DNA of 64,000 nt from an uncultured Gammaproteobacteria bacterium (lineage in GTDB: Bacteria; Patescibacteriota; Microgenomatia; JALYQM01), in assembly GCA_964403585.1 (NCBI GenBank), contig CAYOFQ010000001.1:1216826-1280825 (forward strand), written 5' to 3'. Under the pieces are notes generated by a model that ran no database searches, was not told where the DNA came from, and worked only from the letters and a program-made list of their open reading frames with translations. Below are positions 30,299 to 40,883 of this stretch, in pieces (the first letter of the stretch is position 1; the number at the start of each line of letters is the position of its first letter). The position numbers and the translations under genes are program-made.

Positions 30299-30979
30299 TC
30301 AGGCCGCGCATCGTCGACGATCGCTAACAGCCAAAGTCAACGTTCGATCAGGCAAATCAATACCCCGAGTAGATTCAATAGCATATCCATTGACATCATG
30401 AGACAGATGCAAATAGGAACTATTCTCTATTTTTGGGAATTCTCCGCGAGCAATTGCACCTAAACGGTGAAGTAACAACCTCATAATCCCATAATGGGTG
30501 GCCAAAAGAACAGTTCCGCCTTTGTACTCGTGGACTACTTGATCAAGAAACGGCAGGAGCCGATCATACACTTCTATATCTGACTCAAACTCAGGATGTG
30601 GCTTAAATCGTAAATACTCCTCATCATTTAAAGCAACATGCTCCTCCTCCACTCTGCGTAATTCCTGATGTGAACGACCCTCAAACCCACCAAAGTTTCT
30701 TTCTCGTAATGATGGAGTTAACTGGATTGCCAGAGGCCGGCGTCCACGAACAATATGCGCCGTTTGTATTGCGCGCGTGAGATCTGATGCATAAATTGCG
30801 TCAAAGCTAACTGCACTCAAATCTTCACCAGCCAAGAAGGCTTGCTCCATGCCTTGGTTTGTCAATTGCGCATCGTTAGACTGACCCGACAGCTTCCGAG
30901 CAACATTCCAATCTGTTTCACCGTGTCTGATTAAATAGAGATTTGTACCTTCTGAGGGGACAATTTGTTCAATAAACAT
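30299..30979 (-). CDS. histidine phosphatase family protein (phosphoglycerate-mutase-like)
   Basis: LYLIRHGETDWN RHG motif; 226 aa. Confidence 0.8.
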   Translation of the reverse strand: MFIEQIVPSEGTNLYLIRHGETDWNVARKLSGQSNDAQLTNQGMEQAFLAGEDLSAVSFDAIYASDLTRAIQTAHIVRGRRPLAIQLTPSLRERNFGGFEGRSHQELRRVEEEHVALNDEEYLRFKPHPEFESDIEVYDRLLPFLDQVVHEYKGGTVLLATHYGIMRLLLHRLGAIARGEFPKIENSSYLHLSHDVNGYAIESTRGIDLPDRTLTLAVSDRRRCAA

Positions 30980-31108
30980 AAAATTAAAGCGCGACAGTAA
31001 GTCATAATATTATATCATACACAAATAGTAATGTAACTAACTAAGACTAACTAAATATAACAGACCCTTCACATAGAAATTTAATACATAAAGCAGTATT
31101 ATATCGCC

Positions 31109-31735
31109 ATGAACATATTTTTCGTGAGACATGGTGAGTCAGAAGGAAACTCTCAGAGAGTACATCAAGGCGAGAATGCGGATTTGTCTGAAAAAGGCCG
31201 ACATCAAGCCCAACTTGTTGCCAAAAGACTCCAAGACCACAATATTCAGGTTATATATTGTAGCCCATTTCTGCGCGCAAAGCAAACAGCAGAAATAATA
31301 GCAGCGGGGTTGAAACTACCAATTACCTTCGCTGAGGATTTAAAAGAGTTAAGAAGACCATCAGAAATAGAAGGTCTCTCTTATGGTGATCCAAAAGCCG
31401 AAGAAATTAAATCAATAATAAAGCAAAACCAAACTATCCCTGACTGGCGATATTCTGACGACGAATCATTTAACGATATAGTAACCCGGGCCAAATCAAT
31501 AGAAAAAATCTTATTCGATAATCATCACGGCCAGAATGTACTCTGCGTGTCACATGTGCAGATCATTGTTATGATCACATTACACATCATTCTCCAAGAA
31601 AAGCTTACTCCGGAAGTCTTCTGGCAATTCTATTATCATGCGAGATACAACAACACTGGAATAACTCATTTACAGCATAATGAGACCTTCGGCTGGAACT
31701 TAATGACTTGGAATAATACGGTACACCTTAGCTAA
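31109..31735 (+). CDS. histidine phosphatase family protein (phosphoglycerate-mutase-like), second copy
   Basis: IFFVRHGESEGN RHG motif; 208 aa. Confidence 0.8.
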   Translation: MNIFFVRHGESEGNSQRVHQGENADLSEKGRHQAQLVAKRLQDHNIQVIYCSPFLRAKQTAEIIAAGLKLPITFAEDLKELRRPSEIEGLSYGDPKAEEIKSIIKQNQTIPDWRYSDDESFNDIVTRAKSIEKILFDNHHGQNVLCVSHVQIIVMITLHIILQEKLTPEVFWQFYYHARYNNTGITHLQHNETFGWNLMTWNNTVHLS

Positions 31736-32423
31736 GTGCCTCAAGTCGGCGGAGAGTCTGGAATGCGCCATCAACTCGTTTGGCTACCTGTTCTCGAGAA
31801 GCATGTCCGTTAATACGAATCATAGGAATATCATAGCGAGATAAGGCTTCAAGCGTACCCTCGAGTACCTGAGTGTATAAGTTGTACTTAGACTCAAATC
31901 TTTCTGGATGATCTTCTTTTCGAATAACCAGGGCACCATCGCAATCGGTACATCGACGAACTTCATGTTTATCGGCCAGCGTTGTTTGAGTTAAACAATC
32001 CGCGCATATTCGGCGCAGTTCAACTCGGCTAAGAAGTTCATCAAAGGGAACTTCTATAAGTACAATACCACCGAGTGCCAAATTACGCCGCTTAACAATA
32101 GACTGAAATGCAGAAACTTCACCTACATGTTTAGGAAAGCCATCAAAAAGTATTCCATGTCCTGAAACAAGCAACGCACCAACTTTTTCGTCGACTAATT
32201 CAACGACCTCTGGTTCCATTGGTTTAAATTCAGTCCGAGGTCCAGTTGAATATCCGGTAAAGTGCCGGACAACCTGAGTCCCTCTCTGAATTTGTTCACG
32301 CACCAACCCACCAAAGGAAAAATACTCAGAGTTAGTAATTTGACGAATTTGTTCGGCGACAGTAGTTTTCCCTGCACCTGGAGGGCCATACAGCAAATAC
32401 GATAACTCTGTTGTTTCCGACAT
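31728..32423 (-). CDS. adenylate-kinase-family NMP kinase with Zn-binding lid (second adk-like paralog)
   Basis: LLYGPPGAGKTT P-loop; lid cysteines CADC...CTDC; 231 aa. Confidence 0.65.
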   Translation of the reverse strand: MSETTELSYLLYGPPGAGKTTVAEQIRQITNSEYFSFGGLVREQIQRGTQVVRHFTGYSTGPRTEFKPMEPEVVELVDEKVGALLVSGHGILFDGFPKHVGEVSAFQSIVKRRNLALGGIVLIEVPFDELLSRVELRRICADCLTQTTLADKHEVRRCTDCDGALVIRKEDHPERFESKYNLYTQVLEGTLEALSRYDIPMIRINGHASREQVAKRVDGAFQTLRRLEALS

Positions 32424-32449
32424 AAAGCACAGCTTTCTTTATCGGGCAG

Positions 32450-33631
32450 TTATACTCTTGCACTTGCGTCTAATCCGACATAGCTCAAGATCATCCGCCG
32501 TTGGTCAGGAACATTTAGAAGGGGCGCAATGTATAAAGGCGCACGAGGCAAGTTAGTTTGTGTAATACCTTTACCTTTAGTAACCTCACCTTGTAATGAG
32601 TCGAGATCAGCCATATCCTTAATTAGACTTCGAATAACAGCTGTAGCTCCAGCAAAAGTAGCAACTGTACGATCATAAGGCTGAGGTGCCACTTCGGAAA
32701 AATCGACTGGCTTGCCTAAAATAATTTGTCGACCCAAGGCCACTACTTCGTAACGCAAAGCAGTCTGTAATAAAAAGTTGGATGCGACTTTCTCAGCATC
32801 ATCACCACCTATTGCTTTAATTTGCGCAGCGATTTCTTCAGCATCTCGTACACTATACTTAACCTCTTGACTGGAATGTTGATCTAAACGTCGATCAGCA
32901 TGTGCAGCCCGCATATGTCTCATACGAGCTTGAATATAATCAGTTAAATCGATACGAGGATAGTGCATAAACACCGCGTCCTGAACCAGTAGTCGATCAT
33001 CAGGTGAAATTAAACTGTTCATAACACTATCTGAGGTAATACCCTGCTGACCAAACATTACTGGTCCAAGCTCAGCGTCAATCAACAACAAACTCCCCTT
33101 CAGCCGTCGTTTATGCCTATTTTTAGTCGTAAATTCACGAGCTAAAGGATGCTTATCCGCTTCAAAAATTTCCATCAACATATACTCAGCGTCAGTTAAA
33201 CCAAGCTCAAGCATACGCATAACTTCAGGTGGGTACGTCGCGTAATTAGCTCCAACAATTGGTTTATCCCCTTGATCCCACATGTTCAAGAAAGCGCGAG
33301 GGAACGGCGAAACATCAGCATCAAGAAGGAAGGTGCGCCGAAGACCTGCAGAAACTGCATGGCGACAAATAGTTCTCTCGGCTGCTACCAAACCAGGAGG
33401 AGTCCGGATAAATTTTATGTCGGCATTAAAATCAGATTTATTTACACCCCACTCAAGCGGTTGTAATCCGCGATTAATACGCGGACCGTTAATACCAATC
33501 ACAATGCCTGCGTCTATTTGCATTTGGTTAAGACAAATATCCACATTTCGTAAAGCCGCGTCCAGAACGTCCGGGCCTTCACCATCGTAAAAAGGTATTC
33601 CAACAATAGTGCTACTCTCTGTGTTTACCAT
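32450..33631 (-). CDS. GT-A-fold glycosyltransferase-like protein
   Basis: N-terminal IVGIPFYDGEG and DxD-like TFLLDADVSP; 393 aa; weak assignment. Confidence 0.4.
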   Translation of the reverse strand: MVNTESSTIVGIPFYDGEGPDVLDAALRNVDICLNQMQIDAGIVIGINGPRINRGLQPLEWGVNKSDFNADIKFIRTPPGLVAAERTICRHAVSAGLRRTFLLDADVSPFPRAFLNMWDQGDKPIVGANYATYPPEVMRMLELGLTDAEYMLMEIFEADKHPLAREFTTKNRHKRRLKGSLLLIDAELGPVMFGQQGITSDSVMNSLISPDDRLLVQDAVFMHYPRIDLTDYIQARMRHMRAAHADRRLDQHSSQEVKYSVRDAEEIAAQIKAIGGDDAEKVASNFLLQTALRYEVVALGRQIILGKPVDFSEVAPQPYDRTVATFAGATAVIRSLIKDMADLDSLQGEVTKGKGITQTNLPRAPLYIAPLLNVPDQRRMILSYVGLDASARV

Positions 33632-33820
33632 AGCGAAAATAGTATCACAGCAGCTTTAATAAGTCAACTATAGGCTTCTTACTCCAATGGAAGTACATAA
33701 GTATAGTGTAAGAGTACAGTAAAAATGTTACAGCATTCCTACCAATCTACAACTCGATCAATACTTGCTACCACCGGTCAATTGCAGTATAATAGCAAAA
33801 ATTATAGGATATATAACTCT

Positions 33821-35005
33821 ATGTCAGAAAAAACAAAAGTCGGTATCAATATTGGCAAAGTCGGAAAATCAGACCGTGGTATCACTATTTATACCCAAGA
33901 CATGCTCCGCGAATTCGATAAACAAGGTCCCGATAATGTCGAATTTGTTCTCTTGCACTATCCCGGCAAATCTCCCGAAGACAGCATTGAACTCAAAAAT
34001 GCGACAATGGTAGAACTCCCCTATTCGGATAAGGCCGGCGCCATTGAGATGATCGAAAACGAACAGGTAATCGGCCCTCAACAACAACGACAACTCGGTC
34101 TTGATGTAGTCTGGCATCCTCACAACCGAGGGCAATTATGGACTCCCGTACCGTACGTCGAAACGTTGCATGATGTGCTACCTGTCGCAGCACCAGAACT
34201 GGCCGGAAATTATATCAATTCCGCTGAGAAAAGAGCGCTTAATGAAAGTCGTCTTTACACCGCCCGGTTCGCAACTCGAGTTATAACCGACTCGCAGTTT
34301 AGTAAAGATGAAATTATTAAACATTTAGGAGTAGCCCCAGAAAGAATCGATGTTGTCCACCTCGGAGTGAATCGAGACGTCTACCGCCCCATCATCGATG
34401 AAGAGCAGCGCGCCCAAGTGAGAGATCGATACCAATTACCAGAGGATTACATCCTCACCACAGGAAGCTATGCTCCACACAAGAACCAAATTACCATCCT
34501 TAAAGCCTATGCAGCTAGCCGGCTTCCTGACCAGGGAATCGGACTGGTGATGGTAGGTCCAAACGATGCAACTGGATATCGTATTGGCTATGAGCATATT
34601 AAGCAAACTGCCGAAGACATGGGATTACCTCCACTGCTGGTACGCTTACTCCCTTCAGTCCCAATTTCAGATTTAGTTACGTTGTACAGCGGCGCTAAGC
34701 TATTTACCTCAGCCTCACTTTACGAAGGATTTGGCTTAACACCGCTGGAAGCCATGGCTTGCGGAATTCCAGTTGTGGCCTCAAACGCAACCGCAGCTCC
34801 GGAAGTCTTGGGCACCGCTGCACTCTTTAGTGAACCAAAAGATGAACTGACCTATGCTCGACACTACGAGAATATTGTCGGCAGTAATGATACGCGAAGG
34901 AGATTAGTTGTTGCAGGCGCTGCTCAAGTGGATAAATATGATATACGCCGTACTGGTAAACAAACATTAGATATCCTTATTGAAGCAGCCAACTCTAAGA
35001 AGTAA
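33821..35005 (+). CDS. GT4-family (GT-B) glycosyltransferase; start taken at MSEKTKVGINIG, ORF track extends to 33725
   Basis: EGFGLTPLEAMACGIPVV motif (GT4 EX7E region). Confidence 0.8.
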   Translation: MSEKTKVGINIGKVGKSDRGITIYTQDMLREFDKQGPDNVEFVLLHYPGKSPEDSIELKNATMVELPYSDKAGAIEMIENEQVIGPQQQRQLGLDVVWHPHNRGQLWTPVPYVETLHDVLPVAAPELAGNYINSAEKRALNESRLYTARFATRVITDSQFSKDEIIKHLGVAPERIDVVHLGVNRDVYRPIIDEEQRAQVRDRYQLPEDYILTTGSYAPHKNQITILKAYAASRLPDQGIGLVMVGPNDATGYRIGYEHIKQTAEDMGLPPLLVRLLPSVPISDLVTLYSGAKLFTSASLYEGFGLTPLEAMACGIPVVASNATAAPEVLGTAALFSEPKDELTYARHYENIVGSNDTRRRLVVAGAAQVDKYDIRRTGKQTLDILIEAANSKK

Positions 35006-35015
35006 AGGGGATCGT

Positions 35016-35753
35016 ATGTCTGAAAGAACAACCATTGTTGAAGCAGATATTCATACTCAAGAGGCAGAAAGAGATGCCGACTTACGAGTATTATCTGGCT
35101 TACGGAGCTTGTCGGAATCAGTCCCTGGCTCATTCTTCTTGGTTACCGGTAGCTATGCGATCGAAGGACTAACCCACACCCCCCTCGAACACGATGACTT
35201 AGATGGTAATATCTTTACTCCTAATATGGGAATGAGTTTAGCCAGAACGGCTAATCTTATTGAAAATCTCGGTGTACGGGGTCGACGCTTTACCTTATAT
35301 AAAAGAACCGATGATCGTCTTGAATACGATGTGGTTACTCCAGCCTACAACCAAGGAGCCAAGCGACTGGAAATCCAATTTGTAGATTATCAAGCAATTA
35401 CAATGACACCCACTACTGTCGATTTTAGCGTACTCGGCAAAGATGGCCGAGTCTCACACGTACCTTCAGTACTTTTTCCTGCAACTGAAACCCAAGGAGC
35501 AGAAGTAACATTGCGAGCAAAGTCCTGTGCATATCTTATTGCGACCTGGGCTATCCGAATCAGTGGAGCTGCCGAAAGCCAAAAAAGAGCAGTACGACCA
35601 AGCGACATTGAACACCTCAGAATGCTTTTGAAGGGAGACTATAGCCCTCAAGAAGTCGTTACAGCTATTCAAACACACGTCCAAGCACCTTCCGATATAG
35701 ACGCTAACGGCGTATTTAGTGCAGCGATAGGAATTTGTCAGCAAACTTCTTAA
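35016..35753 (+). CDS. minimal nucleotidyltransferase (pol-beta superfamily, ANT(2'')/Lnu-like)
   Basis: LVTGSYAIEGLTHTPLEHDDLDG motif; SD-like aaagggg 6 nt upstream of the ATG at 35016; 11 nt after the GT4 stop. Confidence 0.5.
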   Translation: MSERTTIVEADIHTQEAERDADLRVLSGLRSLSESVPGSFFLVTGSYAIEGLTHTPLEHDDLDGNIFTPNMGMSLARTANLIENLGVRGRRFTLYKRTDDRLEYDVVTPAYNQGAKRLEIQFVDYQAITMTPTTVDFSVLGKDGRVSHVPSVLFPATETQGAEVTLRAKSCAYLIATWAIRISGAAESQKRAVRPSDIEHLRMLLKGDYSPQEVVTAIQTHVQAPSDIDANGVFSAAIGICQQTS

Positions 35754-35772
35754 AATACACGCAATTGCCTGC

Positions 35773-37038
35773 CTATAAGGATAGACCTTCTACCGCAAGT
35801 CGAACTAAATCGCTTGAAGGGATACTATCGATAACGGTAAAGTCGTCTTCTTGCAGCGCTTGGACAATCTCATCACTTGTATAGGGTGACGGCTCAACTG
35901 TAATCCCTTTGAAAGAACGAGCAGAAGACCACACGTTTTTTGATAAAACATCTCCAGGAATAAACGGGACGATTACCGGCCGACCCACGGCGCCAGCAAT
36001 ATGAGCTGGTCCCGTATCATTAGATAGAATTATATTGGAATGGCGAGCGACTATAGCCAAGTCTCTTAACGACGGCAGCTTAGTTACATTGCAATGAATA
36101 TTACCAGTACCCTCAAAGTCCCCGAACTGTGCCTCAATATCCTCAGTCGTATACCGGTCACGAGTGTTCCCACTTGGAGCACAAGCCATTATGCAGTCTA
36201 TTTGCCTGTTGGGGTCGACTTGAGCGACATACTTACTAACTTCTTGCAAGACCTCTTGCCAACGACCATAACATTTAGCAGGGACAAAAGATTGAAAGAA
36301 ACACATAATAGTAACAGCATCATCGCGTAATTCTAACTGCTGACGCAACTCACCATAGCGTGCAGTATCTTTCGCATCAAATAAGATGGTCGGTTGGGCC
36401 GCTGCCGAATCAATACTCCCCTCAGGCAGGGCAAACATGTGCTCAAAAAAACGGCTATAGCGTACTTCTGGACCAAGCCCGGCAAACCCACGAACAGCCG
36501 GCTTAAACAAATCTGATAGTACCGTTACATCACGAGAATCATTCCCCTGAGAATAGTGAATTCTGGAAATCGAAGGCCTGCGACCGTTGCCACCATGAAA
36601 ATCAAAAACCATCAAATTACCTGGCTCTGAAGTAAATAGTCCTTGTACCTGAAAATTGGATAATACCGGCATAACGGTCATAACTTCTACCGGTCGACCG
36701 AGTTCCTGAGAATATAAATCAGCTGGATACAATGAGGCTAATCCCTGGTCTATGACAAGCTTTATCGGAGTATCGGGCTTTCCTGCTTTAGTGAGAACTT
36801 CATGTATCGGGTGGATAAACGCGCTGGTCAGCACACCTTCCCCCAATCTACCGCCATTTCCACCAATCTGAAGCACAACTTTATCAACTGAATCTAAGTC
36901 GTGGAGGGTTAGCATGTGTTCTCGAGAAAAATTCTCAATTTTGAAGTCCGGCCTATAGTTGACAGGAAGATCCAGGTCATGAGTGGTTACATCACTCAGT
37001 ACCATTTTTCTAGACTCAAAAGCGACTTCAGTTGACAT
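35773..37038 (-). CDS. GT9-family glycosyltransferase (ADP-heptose:acceptor heptosyltransferase-like) with ~80-aa N-terminal extension
   Basis: SNDTGPAHIAGAVGRPVIVPF matches the GT9 NDTG.MHLAAA.G.P motif; 421 aa. Confidence 0.7.
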   Translation of the reverse strand: MSTEVAFESRKMVLSDVTTHDLDLPVNYRPDFKIENFSREHMLTLHDLDSVDKVVLQIGGNGGRLGEGVLTSAFIHPIHEVLTKAGKPDTPIKLVIDQGLASLYPADLYSQELGRPVEVMTVMPVLSNFQVQGLFTSEPGNLMVFDFHGGNGRRPSISRIHYSQGNDSRDVTVLSDLFKPAVRGFAGLGPEVRYSRFFEHMFALPEGSIDSAAAQPTILFDAKDTARYGELRQQLELRDDAVTIMCFFQSFVPAKCYGRWQEVLQEVSKYVAQVDPNRQIDCIMACAPSGNTRDRYTTEDIEAQFGDFEGTGNIHCNVTKLPSLRDLAIVARHSNIILSNDTGPAHIAGAVGRPVIVPFIPGDVLSKNVWSSARSFKGITVEPSPYTSDEIVQALQEDDFTVIDSIPSSDLVRLAVEGLSL

Positions 37039-37116
37039 TGTTTACCCCTCCTCTTCTATGGGTTAAATAATAGCATATTGACAATATAAGTGCAACTATA
37101 AGATAATACGCAAGCT

Positions 37117-37974
37117 ATGATTAATGAGCTAATTACGCTTGATAGGCTTAGTCCAAAAGACCTGGTAGAGATATCTCGGGGGCCATTGCGACCAAGACGA
37201 AGCACCGAAGAACTCCTTCGGGAACTTGACCGAACAGGCATTCCCGCTACTCGTCGACTGGCTGCGAGAATTCAGCTACAGGACAATAGCACTCCTGGAT
37301 ACGAAAAGCAATTGGCGAGCTCAGTTATGGACAGCAGTAATTTGCCATTAACGAATAATACCATTGAACTGTGCAACTTTGGAGGGGAAGCCGATGTATA
37401 TTTGTATGAAGGTAAAAACGGTGAAAAAGTCGCTATCAAAATTTTAAAAGGATCAGTTAACGCCTCACCAGACCGGCTTAAAGAAATAGCCCTCGAAACA
37501 CGAGCAGAATATGAATGGGTGAAACAAACGTATGCGGCTTTTCCTGAGTTAGTAATCAATGAAGAGTACCTTATTCTTCACGGACCAGTTATGGCTATGC
37601 CAGCGGTCGCGATAGTCCAACCGGTAATCAGTAAATATAAGGATTTATTCTTAGATTTTACGCCTAAACAATTACTAGAAATAGCAGCACAAGATCTAAA
37701 TTTTCGAGATCAGCTTCACTACTTTGCAGCGCAAACGGTAAAAACTTACAAGGAAGAACGAAAAGTAATTGATATTTCATTAGGTAAAAATAACGTCGTG
37801 GTATTCGGAGAAAATTCCGAATCACCACGGATTGCCATAGTAGACCCTCATTCTATTCACACTTCACACTTTATACATAATCTGTACCCTAGAGCAAAAA
37901 TCAAAGTAGTTCAAATTCTACAAGAACGACTCAACCTTCTGTCAGAATTAAGTAGGGATTTATCTCAACTTTAG
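37117..37974 (+). CDS. small protein-kinase-fold kinase (Kdo-kinase/WaaP/RIO/Bud32-like)
   Basis: Gly-loop plus Lys: LCNFGGEADVYLYEGKNGEKVAIKILK; possible catalytic region IAIVDPHS; 285 aa. Confidence 0.5.
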   Translation: MINELITLDRLSPKDLVEISRGPLRPRRSTEELLRELDRTGIPATRRLAARIQLQDNSTPGYEKQLASSVMDSSNLPLTNNTIELCNFGGEADVYLYEGKNGEKVAIKILKGSVNASPDRLKEIALETRAEYEWVKQTYAAFPELVINEEYLILHGPVMAMPAVAIVQPVISKYKDLFLDFTPKQLLEIAAQDLNFRDQLHYFAAQTVKTYKEERKVIDISLGKNNVVVFGENSESPRIAIVDPHSIHTSHFIHNLYPRAKIKVVQILQERLNLLSELSRDLSQL

Positions 37975-37980
37975 GATCAA

Positions 37981-38013
37981 AAAAACCTCCGTTTCCGGAG
38001 GTTTAATTTTTTC
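37981..38013. terminator. bidirectional rho-independent terminator between the kinase gene (+) and the 16S transcript (-)
   Basis: aaacctccg-tttc-cggaggttt stem-loop with a T-run 3' on the plus strand and an A-run 5' (T-run on the minus strand). Confidence 0.6.
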
Positions 38014-38029
38014 TTTAAGAACTGAATAG

Positions 38030-38050
38030 TGATAGGAAGTAGCATTTTTT
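38030..38050. repeat. 3' half of the rRNA processing stem; inverted repeat partner of 39739..39759
   Basis: aactgaatagtgataggaagt is the exact reverse complement of acttcctatcactattcagtt at 39739..39759; the two copies flank the 16S gene. Confidence 0.7.
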
Positions 38051-38165
38051 AAGACTTAGTCTTGTCTCAAGATCGCGACGTAATTTGCAATCTCTCGAGC
38101 TTGTTTTATAAGTAGCTCTAACTGAACTTATGTAAGAAGCATCGTGCGCTTCTGGAACTCCTTAG

Positions 38166-39640
<1,475 letters not shown>

Positions 39641-39738
39641 ATAAAAATTATCCATCAAATTTTGGGTATTCCGTTATCAATCCTACTAACTCTTACAAGC
39701 GTTCGGTCTGTCAAACGGAATGAAATTCATAGGAATTG

Positions 39739-39759
39739 ACTTCCTATCACTATTCAGTT
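39739..39759. repeat. 5' half of the rRNA processing stem
   Basis: See partner at 38030..38050; 21/21 complementary. Confidence 0.7.
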
Positions 39760-39901
39760 GTTAAAGGACATATATCCTCCGTGGTGGAGAACTTTCCTTG
39801 TAATAGCATCCTGATGGATTGTTTACTTAGAAAACGTTGATTTACAACGTTTTGTATACAAGAAGACTCTTATATCCAAAATCTGCGAATCAACTTTCCG
39901 G

Positions 39902-39930
39902 ATAATATCAGATAGCTAACTATCTGGCAA
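39902..39930 (-). promoter_or_regulatory. putative sigma70-type rRNA promoter
   Basis: Minus-strand reading TTGCCA-N17-TATTAT; the spacer contains the palindrome cagatag-ctaa-ctatctg. Confidence 0.4.
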
Positions 39931-40266
39931 CCGGTAATATTGAGCTGTTAATTTGAGCGATTTCTCCTTAATGCAATATCAATTTGAAATCGTCCCGCGC
40001 ATGAATTGCGTGGGGCACAAAAAAATCAACTCGATTTCGAACTCTACCTCAGACGTGAGATGTCAACGTTCGTTTATCGTGTTGAATGTAAAAGGATTCT
40101 AGCACACTTGTTCTAAATATGCAACCGGTAAAAATGTCACACAAATTAGCAAGAGGTGTATTTTTGAGCTTAAACCCCGGAGGGGTGTCGGGTGCATGAC
40201 TGCCGGGAGGCAACCATCCAAACGAGCCCGAAGGCAACGCTCTGCTTTCGCAGCCCGACATACTTG

Positions 40267-40659
40267 TTAATTGTCGCTGTCGCGCGGCTTGAGGGGACGG
40301 TTAATCCACCACAGCAGGAGCTTTCGCCCCACAAGCAGAACTATGATGAATATTAATATTCCCCACATGCCACGGTACCAGCCGAGACCATACAGGGCCT
40401 TCACCCATTCGGCAACCCCCCAGTATAGGAGGAAGGCGAAAGTCCAACCAATCACCTTCTTCCAGTTCCATGTTTTTAACCATGGAACAATAAGGTAGAA
40501 AAACTCGAAACCTCCGGCAAGTAGCAGCCCGATTCCTTTGAAGTCTCCATCGGGCTCCAGGTAGTAGCCGAAAACTTCGCCACCGATCAATAACCCTATT
40601 CCAATCACGACTGCCCAAAAAATACGGGCACGAGTCTCATCAGTCACTGCATTCTCCAT
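40267..40659 (-). CDS. small polytopic membrane protein (start at MENAVTDE; ORF track extends to 40734)
   Basis: About 4 predicted TM helices, Trp-rich; no recognised family. Confidence 0.5.
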   Translation of the reverse strand: MENAVTDETRARIFWAVVIGIGLLIGGEVFGYYLEPDGDFKGIGLLLAGGFEFFYLIVPWLKTWNWKKVIGWTFAFLLYWGVAEWVKALYGLGWYRGMWGILIFIIVLLVGRKLLLWWINRPLKPRDSDN

Positions 40660-40883
40660 TCTAAATTCAATCCTCCACGCCTGGCATCTCAATAAAGAGG
40701 TGCTTCCAATGGACCATAGCTCCACCCGAAGCACCTCTCTACACCTACACCTCTTGCTGTAAAAGAGCTACAAGAACTCAAAATCTGAGTTCAGGGCTTC
40801 TACTCCTGCAATTCTCTGAGAATAACATTCGTTTTAGCCATGCAAGAATACCTTATTTTGCTATTAATGTAAACACTATAGGA

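Noticed and set aside
33725-33820. N-terminal 32-codon extension of the GT4 ORF
   Set aside because: Low-complexity, AT-rich translation (MLQHSYQSTTRSILATT...) with no conservation signal; the internal ATG at 33821 gives a typical GT4 N-terminus.
40049-40261. 70-aa ORF between the membrane-protein gene and the rRNA leader
   Set aside because: GC-rich non-coding region, no start context. More likely terminator or leader sequence for the adjacent genes, and I could not define a convincing hairpin.
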